33,658 nt of DNA from a virus (IMGVR_UViG_3300011339_001383:1-33658); one strand, 5' to 3'; positions 1 through 9,439 are shown, counted from the first letter of the stretch. Numbers and translations are program-made. Notes: generated from the sequence alone by a model not told the origin.

Positions 1-27
1 CACAATCTTCGGCATTTTGATCTGACT

Positions 28-56
28 TTGTGGGGTTCCGCCACTTTGCGTACAAT
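28..56 (+). promoter_or_regulatory. Possible sigma70-type promoter for the terS/late operon
   Basis: TTGTGG (28-33), 17-nt spacer, TACAAT (51-56); terS ATG at 65 has no Shine-Dalgarno. Confidence 0.35.
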
Positions 57-64
57 CATCACCC

Positions 65-526
65 ATGAGCAACAACAGATTACCTCCTGAGCTTCACGTC
101 ATCAAGGGCACCACCGGCGCAAACAAGGCGAAGTCGCTGCCGAACGATGTGCGCGCCCGCGTCCCCAAGGCCGAGTGGCTGACCAACCCCGACAAATGGG
201 ACATCGACAAATTTGTAAAGGAAACATCTGATTTTCTGTACGATGTTTACGGCATCGGCAGCAATCAAGACAAACACGTTTTGTCGGCGTGCGCTTCGCA
301 GATCGACATTTACGTGCGGTGCTGGCGGGAGCTACAACACGGCGACCTCATCGTGTCGAACAACAACGGTTCGACCGTTGGCCCCAACCCTTATTTTGCC
401 ATGGGCGACCGAGCGCTGCAGCGGGCGGTGGTGTTGATGGGCGAGATGGGGTTGACGCCTAAAGGTCGCCTCGCAAGCAAGACGGTCGAGGGCGGCAAGT
501 ACAAGGCGCTGTTGGCTGGCCCATGA
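65..526 (+). CDS. terS: Terminase small subunit (P27-like family)
   Basis: 153 aa; C-terminal GPNPYF...GLTPKGR signature; ATGA overlap with terL. Confidence 0.88.
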   Translation: MSNNRLPPELHVIKGTTGANKAKSLPNDVRARVPKAEWLTNPDKWDIDKFVKETSDFLYDVYGIGSNQDKHVLSACASQIDIYVRCWRELQHGDLIVSNNNGSTVGPNPYFAMGDRALQRAVVLMGEMGLTPKGRLASKTVEGGKYKALLAGP

Positions 527-2184
527 ATTACGAAGACGGGATTCTGTACGCGGTCAATGTCGCGAAGGGAGATGTTCCGGCTTGCCGCAAGGTGCGGCTC
601 GCTTGCCAGCGGTTCCTGAATCAACTCGAAGACAAGGCGTGGGCGTGGGGCTTTCACTCCCGTTATCCGCAACACGTGCTCGACTACATTGCCACGTTGC
701 GGCATACAAAAGGGCCAGACGCGGGCAAGCCCCTAGTTCTTCAGCCGTTTCAGATTTTTGCAATTTGCGCCATATACGGGTTCCGCAGCAAGCGCGACCC
801 CAGCGTGCGCATGGTCACCGACGTCATCATCTTCATCCCGCGCAAGGCGGGCAAGTCCACGCTCACGGCGGCGTTGGCGTTGTATGAGCTCGCCTTCGGC
901 GAGGCGGGCGCAGAGGTGTATTCACTCGCCACCACCCGCGAACAGGCCAACATCGTATTTTCCGCCGCCATCGGTTTTATCGAGGCGATGCCGCCGGACA
1001 TTGCGGCGCTCTACAACGCTGGCAAGCACAGCATCGCGAAAGCGGGCGACGCCCAATCGATATTCAAGGCGTTAAGCCGCGACAACAAAAAGACCGGCGA
1101 CGGCAAAAATCCGTCCACGGCCATCATCGACGAAGCCGCACAGATTGTGGATCGCAACAGCATTGAGGTTCTTTACTCCGGCATGGTCGCGCGGCAAAAC
1201 CCTTTGCGCATCTACATCACCACCGCCAGCTTTACGAAGGAGACAAAATTCTTCGAAGACATGACGATGTTTGAGGCCATGTTAAACGGCGAGGCCACCG
1301 ACAATCCGCGTTGGTTCGGGCTGTTGTACGGACTCGACCCAGGAGACGATTGGCGCGATCCAGCGGTTTGGTTCAAAGCCAACCCCATGCATGGCATCTC
1401 GGTATTCGAGGACGCCATCGCCGCCCGAGCCGAAGAAGCCAAGCACAAGCCCGCCGCGCTCAACGAGTTTCTTTGCAAGACGCTGAATGTGTACGTGTCG
1501 GCCAACAGCGCTTGGATTGACCGCGCCCACTGGGACGAGCCCAAGGCGATTGGTTTTAGCGAACGCACACCCGAGTCCACCTTCATCGGGTTCGACCTTG
1601 CCAGCACGCGCGACTTGAACGCCGTGTGCACGCTGCATCGGTTCGGCGAACACGACTACGAAGCCAAGTTCAAATTCTTTCTGCCCGAGTCGGGCTATGA
1701 GCTCATCCCCAAACACTACGCCGACATTTTCCGAATGGCGCGGCAATCCGGCATTCTCCATATCACGCAGGGCAACGTGATGGATGACCGCGAGATCAGC
1801 GACTACATCATCGCCGAGGCCGCGCAATACGATGTCCGCGAAATTGGATTCGACGCCTACAACGCGGCAAGCTTGGTGGCGCGGCTACACGACGCAAGCT
1901 TGCCGGTGAAGAAGGTCGGACAGGGCATGGCGGTGCTTAGCAACCCAAGCAAGCACGTTGAGAAGATGATTCTCAACCATAACATCAAGCACGACGGCAA
2001 TCCTTTCCTCGGATGGCAGCTGGGCAACTGCGAAGTGTACGAAGACGTCAACGGAAACGTCAAGGTGCGCAAGAATGGCTCAGATCAGAATGCAAAAGTT
2101 GACGGCATAATCAGCCTCATCATCGCTATGCATTGCGCGCTCGACAATCCCGAATTTTCAGGTGTGGGTTTCGGCGTTTTCTAA
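523..2184 (+). CDS. terL: Terminase large subunit (HK97/cos-type)
   Basis: Walker A PRKAGKST, Walker B AIIDE, RNase H-like nuclease GFDLASTRD and KVDG; KANP motif. Confidence 0.96.
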   Translation: MNYEDGILYAVNVAKGDVPACRKVRLACQRFLNQLEDKAWAWGFHSRYPQHVLDYIATLRHTKGPDAGKPLVLQPFQIFAICAIYGFRSKRDPSVRMVTDVIIFIPRKAGKSTLTAALALYELAFGEAGAEVYSLATTREQANIVFSAAIGFIEAMPPDIAALYNAGKHSIAKAGDAQSIFKALSRDNKKTGDGKNPSTAIIDEAAQIVDRNSIEVLYSGMVARQNPLRIYITTASFTKETKFFEDMTMFEAMLNGEATDNPRWFGLLYGLDPGDDWRDPAVWFKANPMHGISVFEDAIAARAEEAKHKPAALNEFLCKTLNVYVSANSAWIDRAHWDEPKAIGFSERTPESTFIGFDLASTRDLNAVCTLHRFGEHDYEAKFKFFLPESGYELIPKHYADIFRMARQSGILHITQGNVMDDREISDYIIAEAAQYDVREIGFDAYNAASLVARLHDASLPVKKVGQGMAVLSNPSKHVEKMILNHNIKHDGNPFLGWQLGNCEVYEDVNGNVKVRKNGSDQNAKVDGIISLIIAMHCALDNPEFSGVGFGVF

Positions 2185-2194
2185 AGGATTTCCG

Positions 2195-3592
2195 ATGGCC
2201 ATTCTCGACATTTTCAAAGGAAAGCAGAAGGATTCGAGCGAATCCAACTCGCTTTTTGGCCAAACGGCGCTGGGCAATAACATCGTTTACAACGGCAGCA
2301 ACCAGCGTCCGATTGTCAATACCCAGATTCTTTACGTCACCACCGCCGCTACCAATCAGGCGGGTCGCCCCATCGACATGTCGTTGCTTACCCGCAACGC
2401 CACCGTCATGTCGTGCGTCGCGGCGAAAGCCCGCGCGATTGCCCAAATGCCGATCAAGATCATGGCCTATTTGGACGATGGCAGCTGTGTGGACGCGACC
2501 ACGGATGCGCGGGTGGGTTCGCGCGACCGCACCAAGGCGCGGCAAGTTGCCAACCTCTTGAACAATCCCAATCGGTTCCAGTCGGCGTACGAATTTTGGT
2601 ACCAGTGGATAATGTGGTATGAGCTTTCGGGCGAGGCGTTCACGCTTTGGTGGCGCGAAAAGAAAGAAGACCCAAACCAAACGCCAATGGAGATGTACCT
2701 GTTGGATTCGACGCTGATCGCCGTTTCCATTACTCCCGCCCGATACCCTGCCTATCGCCTGAGCACGCCCGCGTATGGCTTTAACAAAGACGAGCCGTTA
2801 TCCGCGCACCAAGTCATGCACGTGAAAGAAATGGCGTGGCAAGGTTCCGCCGGTTTCAACAAAGGCATCCTCGCGGCGGAGTTGGTCACGCTCGATCAAG
2901 ACATCGATGTGTACGCCAACTACGTCATGCTCAACGGCGCGAAGCCCTCCGGCATGTTCACGACCGAGCAGGTAATCCCCGCCGGCAAGTATCAAGAGAT
3001 TGCCGCGCGGCTGAAAGAGGCGTGGGGCAGCATGGTCGGAAGCCGACAATCCGACCCAAGCAAGCCTGGACAGGGCATGTTGTTAGATCAGGGCATGAAA
3101 TACGAGCCGCTAAAGATGCTCACGCTGCAAGACACCGACGCGGCGGTGCTAAAAGAACAGACCATGAAGCGCATCTGTGCGCTGTTCGGCGTCCCATATC
3201 AGCTGCTCGGAATTGCAGAAGGAAAGTACAACAACACACAAACGCTGTTGGACGAATTCTACAAATCCACCATTTACCCGACCTCCGTCAGCATTACGCA
3301 AAAGCTCAAGGCGCAACTGTTCAACGGTTACCCCAATTTGTGTGTGGAATTCCAGACGCAGGATTTTCTGAAAGGCGCTCCGCTGGATCAGATGAATTAC
3401 GCGGTCGCGGGCGTGAATGCCGGCATCCTTACGCCCAACGAAGCCCGCGAGTACATGGGACGCGCAGCGAAAGATAACGGCGACGAATTGCGCGACAATT
3501 CCGCCAAGGCCGAGCCCATCGCAGGCACGAGCCCTCAAGATACCGGCGGCGGCGGCGGAAATCAGAAGTCCAAAATGAACATCGGAAAATGA
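2195..3592 (+). CDS. Portal protein, HK97 family
   Basis: LLNNPNRFQS..EFW, NGAKPSG, ICALFGVP, GILTPNEARE motifs; follows terL; start moved to ATG 2195 (AAGGA upstream). Confidence 0.95.
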   Translation: MAILDIFKGKQKDSSESNSLFGQTALGNNIVYNGSNQRPIVNTQILYVTTAATNQAGRPIDMSLLTRNATVMSCVAAKARAIAQMPIKIMAYLDDGSCVDATTDARVGSRDRTKARQVANLLNNPNRFQSAYEFWYQWIMWYELSGEAFTLWWREKKEDPNQTPMEMYLLDSTLIAVSITPARYPAYRLSTPAYGFNKDEPLSAHQVMHVKEMAWQGSAGFNKGILAAELVTLDQDIDVYANYVMLNGAKPSGMFTTEQVIPAGKYQEIAARLKEAWGSMVGSRQSDPSKPGQGMLLDQGMKYEPLKMLTLQDTDAAVLKEQTMKRICALFGVPYQLLGIAEGKYNNTQTLLDEFYKSTIYPTSVSITQKLKAQLFNGYPNLCVEFQTQDFLKGAPLDQMNYAVAGVNAGILTPNEAREYMGRAAKDNGDELRDNSAKAEPIAGTSPQDTGGGGGNQKSKMNIGK

Positions 3593-3783
3593 TTTCTGGC
3601 TCGCCAACATTGCAGCGTAAAATTCCGGACAAATACAAATCCCGCCGCAAAGCGCTGCGCACAATATACGACATTGATCAACGCAAAGTCAATGATGAGG
3701 TAATTCATGACTCAACAAAAATTGGTGCTGTTGTGCGAGGCGAAATTGGTGCCCGAACAGCAAGGCAAGACCGGCAAAATTGA
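3589..3783 (+). CDS. Possible small basic protein overlapping the protease start
   Basis: 64 aa, ATGA-coupled to the portal stop, K/R-rich N-terminal half; overlaps the next gene by 77 nt. Confidence 0.3.
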   Translation: MISGSPTLQRKIPDKYKSRRKALRTIYDIDQRKVNDEVIHDSTKIGAVVRGEIGARTARQDRQN

Positions 3784-4486
3784 AGCCACCGTGACCACAT
3801 GGGGTGCGCGCGAGGGCGCGGACGGTCGCCGTTTCAATTATCAGCCGGAAGGTTTTATGGACTGGGCCGAGGCGTTTGCCGCCGAAGGTCGCCCGCTCCC
3901 GATGTTCGTCAATCACCAAAGCGAGGCCATGCCCGCCGGTGAGTGGACAGGCGTGGAATTTGGCAAAGAAGGTATGACCATGCAAGGTCGCATCTTCACC
4001 AACACCTCGGTTGGCAAAGACCTTTACACCGTCATGCAAGAATCGCCCCAAATGTTCGGCGGCGTTTCGGTTGCAGCCTACGCGGACGAATACCAGATGG
4101 TGAATGCTGATGGCGAGCCCGACCAAAGCGAAGACGCATATTTTCAAATCACCAAAGGCGGGCTCCGCGAAGTCTCCGTGGTGATGCACCCGAACAACCC
4201 CGAGGCTGGCGTGAGCCGCCTTGAATACTTCCGTGCTGACGGCACGGTGGACTTAAAGATTTTGGAAAAGGGCTTGCGTGATGCCGGTCTGTCCAAGAAT
4301 GATGCGGTCGCTGCCGCATCAACCTTCAAGAAAGTTATGGAACAGCGGGACGCTGTGAAATTGCCTCTTGAAACTGCGCCACCTCGGAGTGATTCCGATG
4401 CGGAAGCGACCGCCCACGCAGAGATTCTCGCCGCTCTTGAGCAGCGCGAGCTTTTGCAAATTCTTGACAAACGACTGAAAGTGTAA
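3707..4486 (+). CDS. Prohead maturation protease (HK97 gp4-like serine protease)
   Basis: LPMFVNH (His), GVSV (Ser), LREVSVVMHPNNPEA; between portal and capsid; GAGGT RBS. Confidence 0.93.
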   Translation: MTQQKLVLLCEAKLVPEQQGKTGKIEATVTTWGAREGADGRRFNYQPEGFMDWAEAFAAEGRPLPMFVNHQSEAMPAGEWTGVEFGKEGMTMQGRIFTNTSVGKDLYTVMQESPQMFGGVSVAAYADEYQMVNADGEPDQSEDAYFQITKGGLREVSVVMHPNNPEAGVSRLEYFRADGTVDLKILEKGLRDAGLSKNDAVAAASTFKKVMEQRDAVKLPLETAPPRSDSDAEATAHAEILAALEQRELLQILDKRLKV

Positions 4487-4490
4487 CATC

Positions 4491-5840
4491 ATGACCCAAG
4501 CTATCCTGGAAAAGCTCGACGCAATCGAGTCGGCGCAAGCCGCAAAAATCACCGCCGCCGAAGCCGCTGCAACCGCAGCCATCGAGTCGGTGAAGAACGA
4601 AATGAGCGCAACCATCGCAACGCTGGAAGCCAAAATTTCCACGCTCGCGGCACCCGCCTTTATCAAGCCCGCCAAGACCGTTCGCGGCGATGTAAACCGC
4701 GCCGTGCGTGAGCAGTTGAGCCAGTTCTACAAGTCCAACAACCGCGTGGAAAAAGAGCTGAAAATGTTTGCGGACGATTCGCAATACGATGCGTATTTGC
4801 GCGAGGCGTCGGCGCTGACTGCAGGCGGCGATGGCAAGGGCGGACGCACCGCGTATGACCCTGTGTTTGTTGCGTTGCGTTTGGCCAATCCTATGCGCGG
4901 CCTTTCCCGTACCGTGGCCACCGACGGTTCCAGCTATCAGTTCCGTGTCAAGACCGGCAACGCTGGCGCGGCTTGGGGCTACAGCATCCAAAACAACGGC
5001 GCGACCACGACTGAGGACACCACGATCTGGCAGTTGGTTTTGCAAGACATCAACGTGCAATTCCCCATCCGTACCGCATCGCTGGACGACATCGACGGTT
5101 TGGAATCCAATGTTGTTGACGACATGCTTGTTGAATTCGCGCAAAGCGAAGCGCTGAGCATGATCCAAAACAATGACCAAGCGGCACAGTCGGGCACCAA
5201 CCCATATGGTGGAACAAATGGCTTGCGCGGCCTTGATCAGTACGCGGGCGCCAACGCCACCTACGCGGGCGGCACAACCTCCGCTGCGGCGTTTGGCTCC
5301 ACCGGCACCGGCTCGTCCAGCGGCTTGCACAGCCTTGCGACTTATGACCAGTTGACCAGCAACGTGAACACCGTAGGCTTGAGCAACATCACTTACAAAG
5401 ATGTTATCAACACCATCTACGCGCTGCCGCAACAGTACTGGACCACCAACGCCAAGTTCATGGTTAACCCCATTTTGGCGTCGGCAATCCGTGGCTTGCA
5501 AGACACCAATGGTCGCCCGATCTTCAACTCCATGGAGTCGCTGAATCCGGACGGCATCATTGGTCAGTTGTTGGGCTTCGATGTGGTAATGAACAAGTAC
5601 CTCGACAACCCGAGCCAAACTACCACCGCCGCTGCAGGCACTCTCAGCCTGTATCCGATGTACTTCGGTGACTGGTCTCGTGCCCATACGATCATTGACC
5701 GCCTCAACATGGTCATGCGTCGTTACGACCAAACGCTCCCAGGATACATCACGTTCTTCGGCGAGAAGCGCTTGGCCACCTCGGTGCGCGACCCCAATGC
5801 GCTGGTGCGTTATCGCTCCACTGCAACGGCTGCAAACTAA
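4491..5840 (+). CDS. Major capsid protein, HK97 fold, with N-terminal delta (scaffold) domain
   Basis: 449 aa; Ala-rich helical N-terminal ~104 aa; LQDTNGRPIF, LLGFDV, YFGDW, FGEKR..VRDPNAL. Confidence 0.95.
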   Translation: MTQAILEKLDAIESAQAAKITAAEAAATAAIESVKNEMSATIATLEAKISTLAAPAFIKPAKTVRGDVNRAVREQLSQFYKSNNRVEKELKMFADDSQYDAYLREASALTAGGDGKGGRTAYDPVFVALRLANPMRGLSRTVATDGSSYQFRVKTGNAGAAWGYSIQNNGATTTEDTTIWQLVLQDINVQFPIRTASLDDIDGLESNVVDDMLVEFAQSEALSMIQNNDQAAQSGTNPYGGTNGLRGLDQYAGANATYAGGTTSAAAFGSTGTGSSSGLHSLATYDQLTSNVNTVGLSNITYKDVINTIYALPQQYWTTNAKFMVNPILASAIRGLQDTNGRPIFNSMESLNPDGIIGQLLGFDVVMNKYLDNPSQTTTAAAGTLSLYPMYFGDWSRAHTIIDRLNMVMRRYDQTLPGYITFFGEKRLATSVRDPNALVRYRSTATAAN

Positions 5841-5856
5841 TCGTTGAGCCACCATT

Positions 5857-5892
5857 GCGGACGCTGGCTGACGCTGGCGTCCGCTCTTTCTC
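5857..5892 (+). terminator. GC-rich hairpin with pyrimidine tail between the two capsid genes (putative leaky intrinsic terminator)
   Basis: GCGGACGCTGGC-TGAC-GCTGGCGTCCGC (12-bp stem including 2 G-U pairs) followed by TCTTTCTC. Confidence 0.65.
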
Positions 5893-5902
5893 AGGAGCCA
5901 CC

Positions 5903-6946
5903 ATGACCCTTTCCGACAGAATCCTAGCAGGCATCAAACAATCCATCACCGAAGGCGGCCAAGTCACCATCGACTTGAAAGAGGCGTCTGCGCTGACGGG
6001 TTCCGGAGATGGCAAAGGCGGTCGCACCGTATTTGATGATGCATTCGCGGCGTTGCGCTTTGCCAACCCTTTCCGCATGTATTCGCGCATCATTCCCGCA
6101 AGCGGTTCCAGCGTGCAGTTTGTTGCCAAGACAGGTAACGCGGCAAGCCAGACAAACCCTTGGACATACACTTTTACGCCAGACTCTGGCACCCCGAATA
6201 CCGACACCACCATTTGGCAATTGCCTACGCGCGTGATCACGGCGCAACTGCCAATTCGCACAGCGGTGATGGATGACGTCAACTATTTGAACGAGACAAT
6301 TGTGTCCGACTTGGCCATGGAGTTTGCGACCATCGAAGGCGCGTCTATGGCCGACAACAACGACCAAGCCGGAAGCACCACCACCACGACTGGCGGCACA
6401 AACGGATTGCGCGGCCTCAATTACTATCCTGGCGGAGCGGGCGCGAGCGCTGCGTATGGCTCCACTGGCACCGCTATTACAAACGGTCTCCATACGCTGG
6501 CCACCGTGGGCCATAGCGCTGCTTCCGTGGACTTGGAGTCGTTGCAAGATATGGCGGGCGCATTGCCTCCGCAATATTGGAATTTGCCAGGAACAGCTTG
6601 GCAAATGCATCCAACCTACATCACTGCACTTCGTAAGTACGCCCACAATGGCGGCACTGGCCCATACTCTCTTGTAGACACCGGCGAGCTTGGAGAAGGC
6701 CCAGCCATCAACCTTATGGGCTGGCCAGTCATCCCCAACGCCAATCTTGACCCGACCGGCACCGCAGGAAACTTCCCTGTGTACCTTGCCAACTGGCCGC
6801 TGTTCATGACCATTGCAGATGTTGAGGAAATGACGGTTCAGATGATGGATCAAACCGCTCCTGGCTTCGTGACCTTGTACGCGGAAAAGCGCATGGTGAG
6901 TACGGTGCGCAATCCGTTCGCCGGTGTGCGCTTGATCGAGACCTAA
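5903..6946 (+). CDS. Second HK97-fold capsid protein (paralog with short propeptide)
   Basis: 347 aa from ATG 5903 (AGGAG RBS); shares EASALT.GDGKGGRT, ALR.ANP.R, KTGNA, TTIWQL, GGTNGLRGL, DQT.PG and EKR with 4491-5840. Confidence 0.9.
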   Translation: MTLSDRILAGIKQSITEGGQVTIDLKEASALTGSGDGKGGRTVFDDAFAALRFANPFRMYSRIIPASGSSVQFVAKTGNAASQTNPWTYTFTPDSGTPNTDTTIWQLPTRVITAQLPIRTAVMDDVNYLNETIVSDLAMEFATIEGASMADNNDQAGSTTTTTGGTNGLRGLNYYPGGAGASAAYGSTGTAITNGLHTLATVGHSAASVDLESLQDMAGALPPQYWNLPGTAWQMHPTYITALRKYAHNGGTGPYSLVDTGELGEGPAINLMGWPVIPNANLDPTGTAGNFPVYLANWPLFMTIADVEEMTVQMMDQTAPGFVTLYAEKRMVSTVRNPFAGVRLIET

Positions 6947-6948
6947 GC

Positions 6949-7614
6949 ATGGCCGCGTCGGACAGCCTGTATGGATTGCCCTTCGGCGCGGTAACGCGCA
7001 ACCCTTTCAGCTACATCAAGGTTGAGCAGGTTGCGCGCGACAACACTACGGCATGGCTGACCAACGCCGAGATTCAGCAGCAGCTGAATTTGTTTGACGA
7101 CAACAGTCAAAGTGTCTACATCAGTTCGTTGGAGTTGGCCACACGGCAAGCAATCGAAGATTACCTCGGCATGCCGATCTTTGCGACCACTTATCGGGTG
7201 TGGTACGGCATCGACAGCCTCGCGGCCTCACCTGTGTGTTTCGATCTGCCGATGGTCACGCAAGCGGCCTCCGGCACCGGCATCACCATCAGTTCGCTCA
7301 AGTATTACAACGAAGATTCCCCGCCCATAGCGGTCACGGTGTCGGCGTCGCAATACTTTTACGACCAGTCAGGCAACAAAGTTATTGTGGACAGCTTGCC
7401 CACGTCGATCAACACGACAATGACCGCGCCCATCTTTATCGACTACATCGTGGCCGCAAACCCGCTCGCGGCTTACCCTGTGATCAAGCAAGCCGGTTTG
7501 CTGCTGTTTACGCACCTCTACAACAACCGTAGCAACACGACCGACACCTTGCTCAAGGAAATCCCGTTCGGCGTTTCTACGCTGCTCCGTCCGTACAAGC
7601 CGCTGGTGATGTAG
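6949..7614 (+). CDS. Head-tail connector/adaptor (HK97 gp6-like)
   Basis: IKQAGLLLFTHLYNNR...EIPFGVSTLLRPYK C-terminus; position after capsid. Confidence 0.88.
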   Translation: MAASDSLYGLPFGAVTRNPFSYIKVEQVARDNTTAWLTNAEIQQQLNLFDDNSQSVYISSLELATRQAIEDYLGMPIFATTYRVWYGIDSLAASPVCFDLPMVTQAASGTGITISSLKYYNEDSPPIAVTVSASQYFYDQSGNKVIVDSLPTSINTTMTAPIFIDYIVAANPLAAYPVIKQAGLLLFTHLYNNRSNTTDTLLKEIPFGVSTLLRPYKPLVM

Positions 7615-7615
7615 C

Positions 7616-7960
7616 ATGGCCATTGCGCGGTTCGAAAACATCGATGTGAACACGCTGTCGTTTGGTTCTTCGACCTTCGGCGAACAAAGCACAACGCAGA
7701 CGCTGTGGTTCAAGACTCGCGCCCGCGTGCACTCAGTCGCCAACAACGTGAAGATTTCGGAAAAATATCGGGTGTATTCGGACATTGTGGATTTCACTTT
7801 GAATTACACGCCAAATATAAAAACTATCGTTGACAATCAGAACGCCTATTCCATCACATGGCGCGGCTTCAGCTGGCGCATCGACAATGTGCGCGAGTCG
7901 GATGATCGGATGACCGCGCGGCTGTTGTGTGTGCGCAATGACCCTGTGGTGGCCGTGTAA
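7616..7960 (+). CDS. Head closure protein (SPP1 gp16-like)
   Basis: 114 aa, beta-rich, ITWRGFSWRIDNV; synteny. Confidence 0.78.
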   Translation: MAIARFENIDVNTLSFGSSTFGEQSTTQTLWFKTRARVHSVANNVKISEKYRVYSDIVDFTLNYTPNIKTIVDNQNAYSITWRGFSWRIDNVRESDDRMTARLLCVRNDPVVAV

Positions 7961-8379
7961 TGGCAACTCAACAAAATCCCGTCCAGTACGGCAAAGCAAT
8001 TCAGTACCAGCTGAACAGCATCTTTACGCCTGTGCCGGTGTACGCCTCTTTCAACCGGAATTTTGCGACCCAACCAAAATTCGTCACATGGAATTTACGC
8101 AATGTTCACCAACCAGTTTATACGGGCGGCAATCAGCAAAACAAAGGCATTGACCGACCGATTTTTCAAATATCTATCTTCACTCAGGCCATAGAAGAAG
8201 GATTCACGCTTTCTAACACGCTGTTGCAATCCCTCCACGGCTACACCGGCTTGTTTGGCGGTGCGACGGACGGTTTTTGGATAGCCAAAGCAGACGTGCA
8301 CTGGTTGTATAATTCGTACAACAATGAAGACAAATTGGCTGAGGTCTTTCTCGACTGCACGCTGGACATTCCAACATAA
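7960..8379 (+). CDS. Tail terminator/completion protein
   Basis: 139 aa; FQISIF...LQSLHGY pattern; immediately upstream of tail tube genes. Confidence 0.7.
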   Translation: MATQQNPVQYGKAIQYQLNSIFTPVPVYASFNRNFATQPKFVTWNLRNVHQPVYTGGNQQNKGIDRPIFQISIFTQAIEEGFTLSNTLLQSLHGYTGLFGGATDGFWIAKADVHWLYNSYNNEDKLAEVFLDCTLDIPT

Positions 8380-8410
8380 AACATCACAGACTTTTTGAAG
8401 GAAAAACGCG

Positions 8411-8905
8411 ATGGCCTTACCCAATAAACTTCTTCCAGGATTCAGCGCTTCGATGTATGCGCAACCTTCGGCGACGCCGACGGTGTTGACGTTGGCGCAA
8501 CTTTCTTTAGTTGCCAGCGTGTCGCCACTTGCAATCACAGGCAACTTGATGAACATCGAGGCCATCCCCGCCTTTGGGCAGGATGACGCGGTGGCGTCGT
8601 TCCCCGTTGCAGGCGCTCGGCAAGGCGACAAAATTCCCGCGCAATCCGCGCCTACCAGCATGACCATTACAGCGGCGTGGAATCCTTCCGACACCGTGTT
8701 GCTGTTGATTCGCGCGGACGCCTACAGCGGTATTGTGGATCGCACTTACGTGATCGCAGCCACCGACGGCACCAACATTATTTATTACAGCTTCATTGGT
8801 CGCGCGTCGCAATGGCAAATCGACTCCCAACCAGGAGCCGAGGCCAAGTGCACTTTCTCAATTCATCCGCGCGGCAACCTGTACGGTTGGTGCAACAACG
8901 CTTAA
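8411..8905 (+). CDS. Major tail tube protein, copy 1
   Basis: 164 aa beta-rich; IPAFGQDD, TITAAWNPSD, FIGRASQWQI..PGAEAKCTFSI resemble siphophage tube proteins; synteny. Confidence 0.8.
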   Translation: MALPNKLLPGFSASMYAQPSATPTVLTLAQLSLVASVSPLAITGNLMNIEAIPAFGQDDAVASFPVAGARQGDKIPAQSAPTSMTITAAWNPSDTVLLLIRADAYSGIVDRTYVIAATDGTNIIYYSFIGRASQWQIDSQPGAEAKCTFSIHPRGNLYGWCNNA

Positions 8906-8920
8906 TCAAGGAGCTCAATC

Positions 8921-9439
8921 ATGGCAGCACCAGCAGTAATTCTTCCAGGCTTTGCGGCCTCGATGTGGATGCAAACGGGCGCGACTCCGACCGCCTTCAG
9001 CACCGCCAACCTTGCAGTGTGGACAGCGCAAGTCGCCACCATCGTCGGCACCTCCGCCAACGGCACCGGCGCGTCCGGAACGCAACTGAATGTCGAGGCT
9101 GTACCGGCCTTCGGACAGGATGATGGCGTGGCATCTTTTGCGATTGCGGGCTCGCGTCAGTCGGACAAAATTCCTGTGCAATCCGCACCTACCAGCTTGA
9201 CCATTACGGCAGCGTGGAATCCGTCGGACGCGGGGCTGTTGTTGATTCGCGGCGACGCTTACAGCGGCATCATTGACCGCACCTATGTCATCGCGGCTGC
9301 AAGCGGCTCTACAACCATTGCGTATGCATTCAATGGCCGGTGCAGCCAGTTCCAAATTGATGCGCAGCCAGGAGCCGAGGCTAAGTGCACATTCACCATC
9401 CATCCTCGCGGTAATCAGTACGGTTGGAGCAACACCTAA
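8921..9439 (+). CDS. Major tail tube protein, copy 2 (paralog)
   Basis: 172 aa; long identical blocks with copy 1; AAGGAG RBS. Confidence 0.8.
   Translation: MAAPAVILPGFAASMWMQTGATPTAFSTANLAVWTAQVATIVGTSANGTGASGTQLNVEAVPAFGQDDGVASFAIAGSRQSDKIPVQSAPTSLTITAAWNPSDAGLLLIRGDAYSGIIDRTYVIAAASGSTTIAYAFNGRCSQFQIDAQPGAEAKCTFTIHPRGNQYGWSNT

Noticed and set aside
4335-5855. 506-aa antisense ORF over the capsid gene, and similar ones at 5924-6853, 8915-9949 and 27746-29254
   Set aside because: Shadow ORFs from GC-rich codon bias opposite well-supported genes; no motifs
4803-9439. Duplicated capsid and tube genes as a DGR template/variable pair or misassembly
   Set aside because: No reverse transcriptase in the window; differences are not adenine-specific; copies are diverged with intact frames
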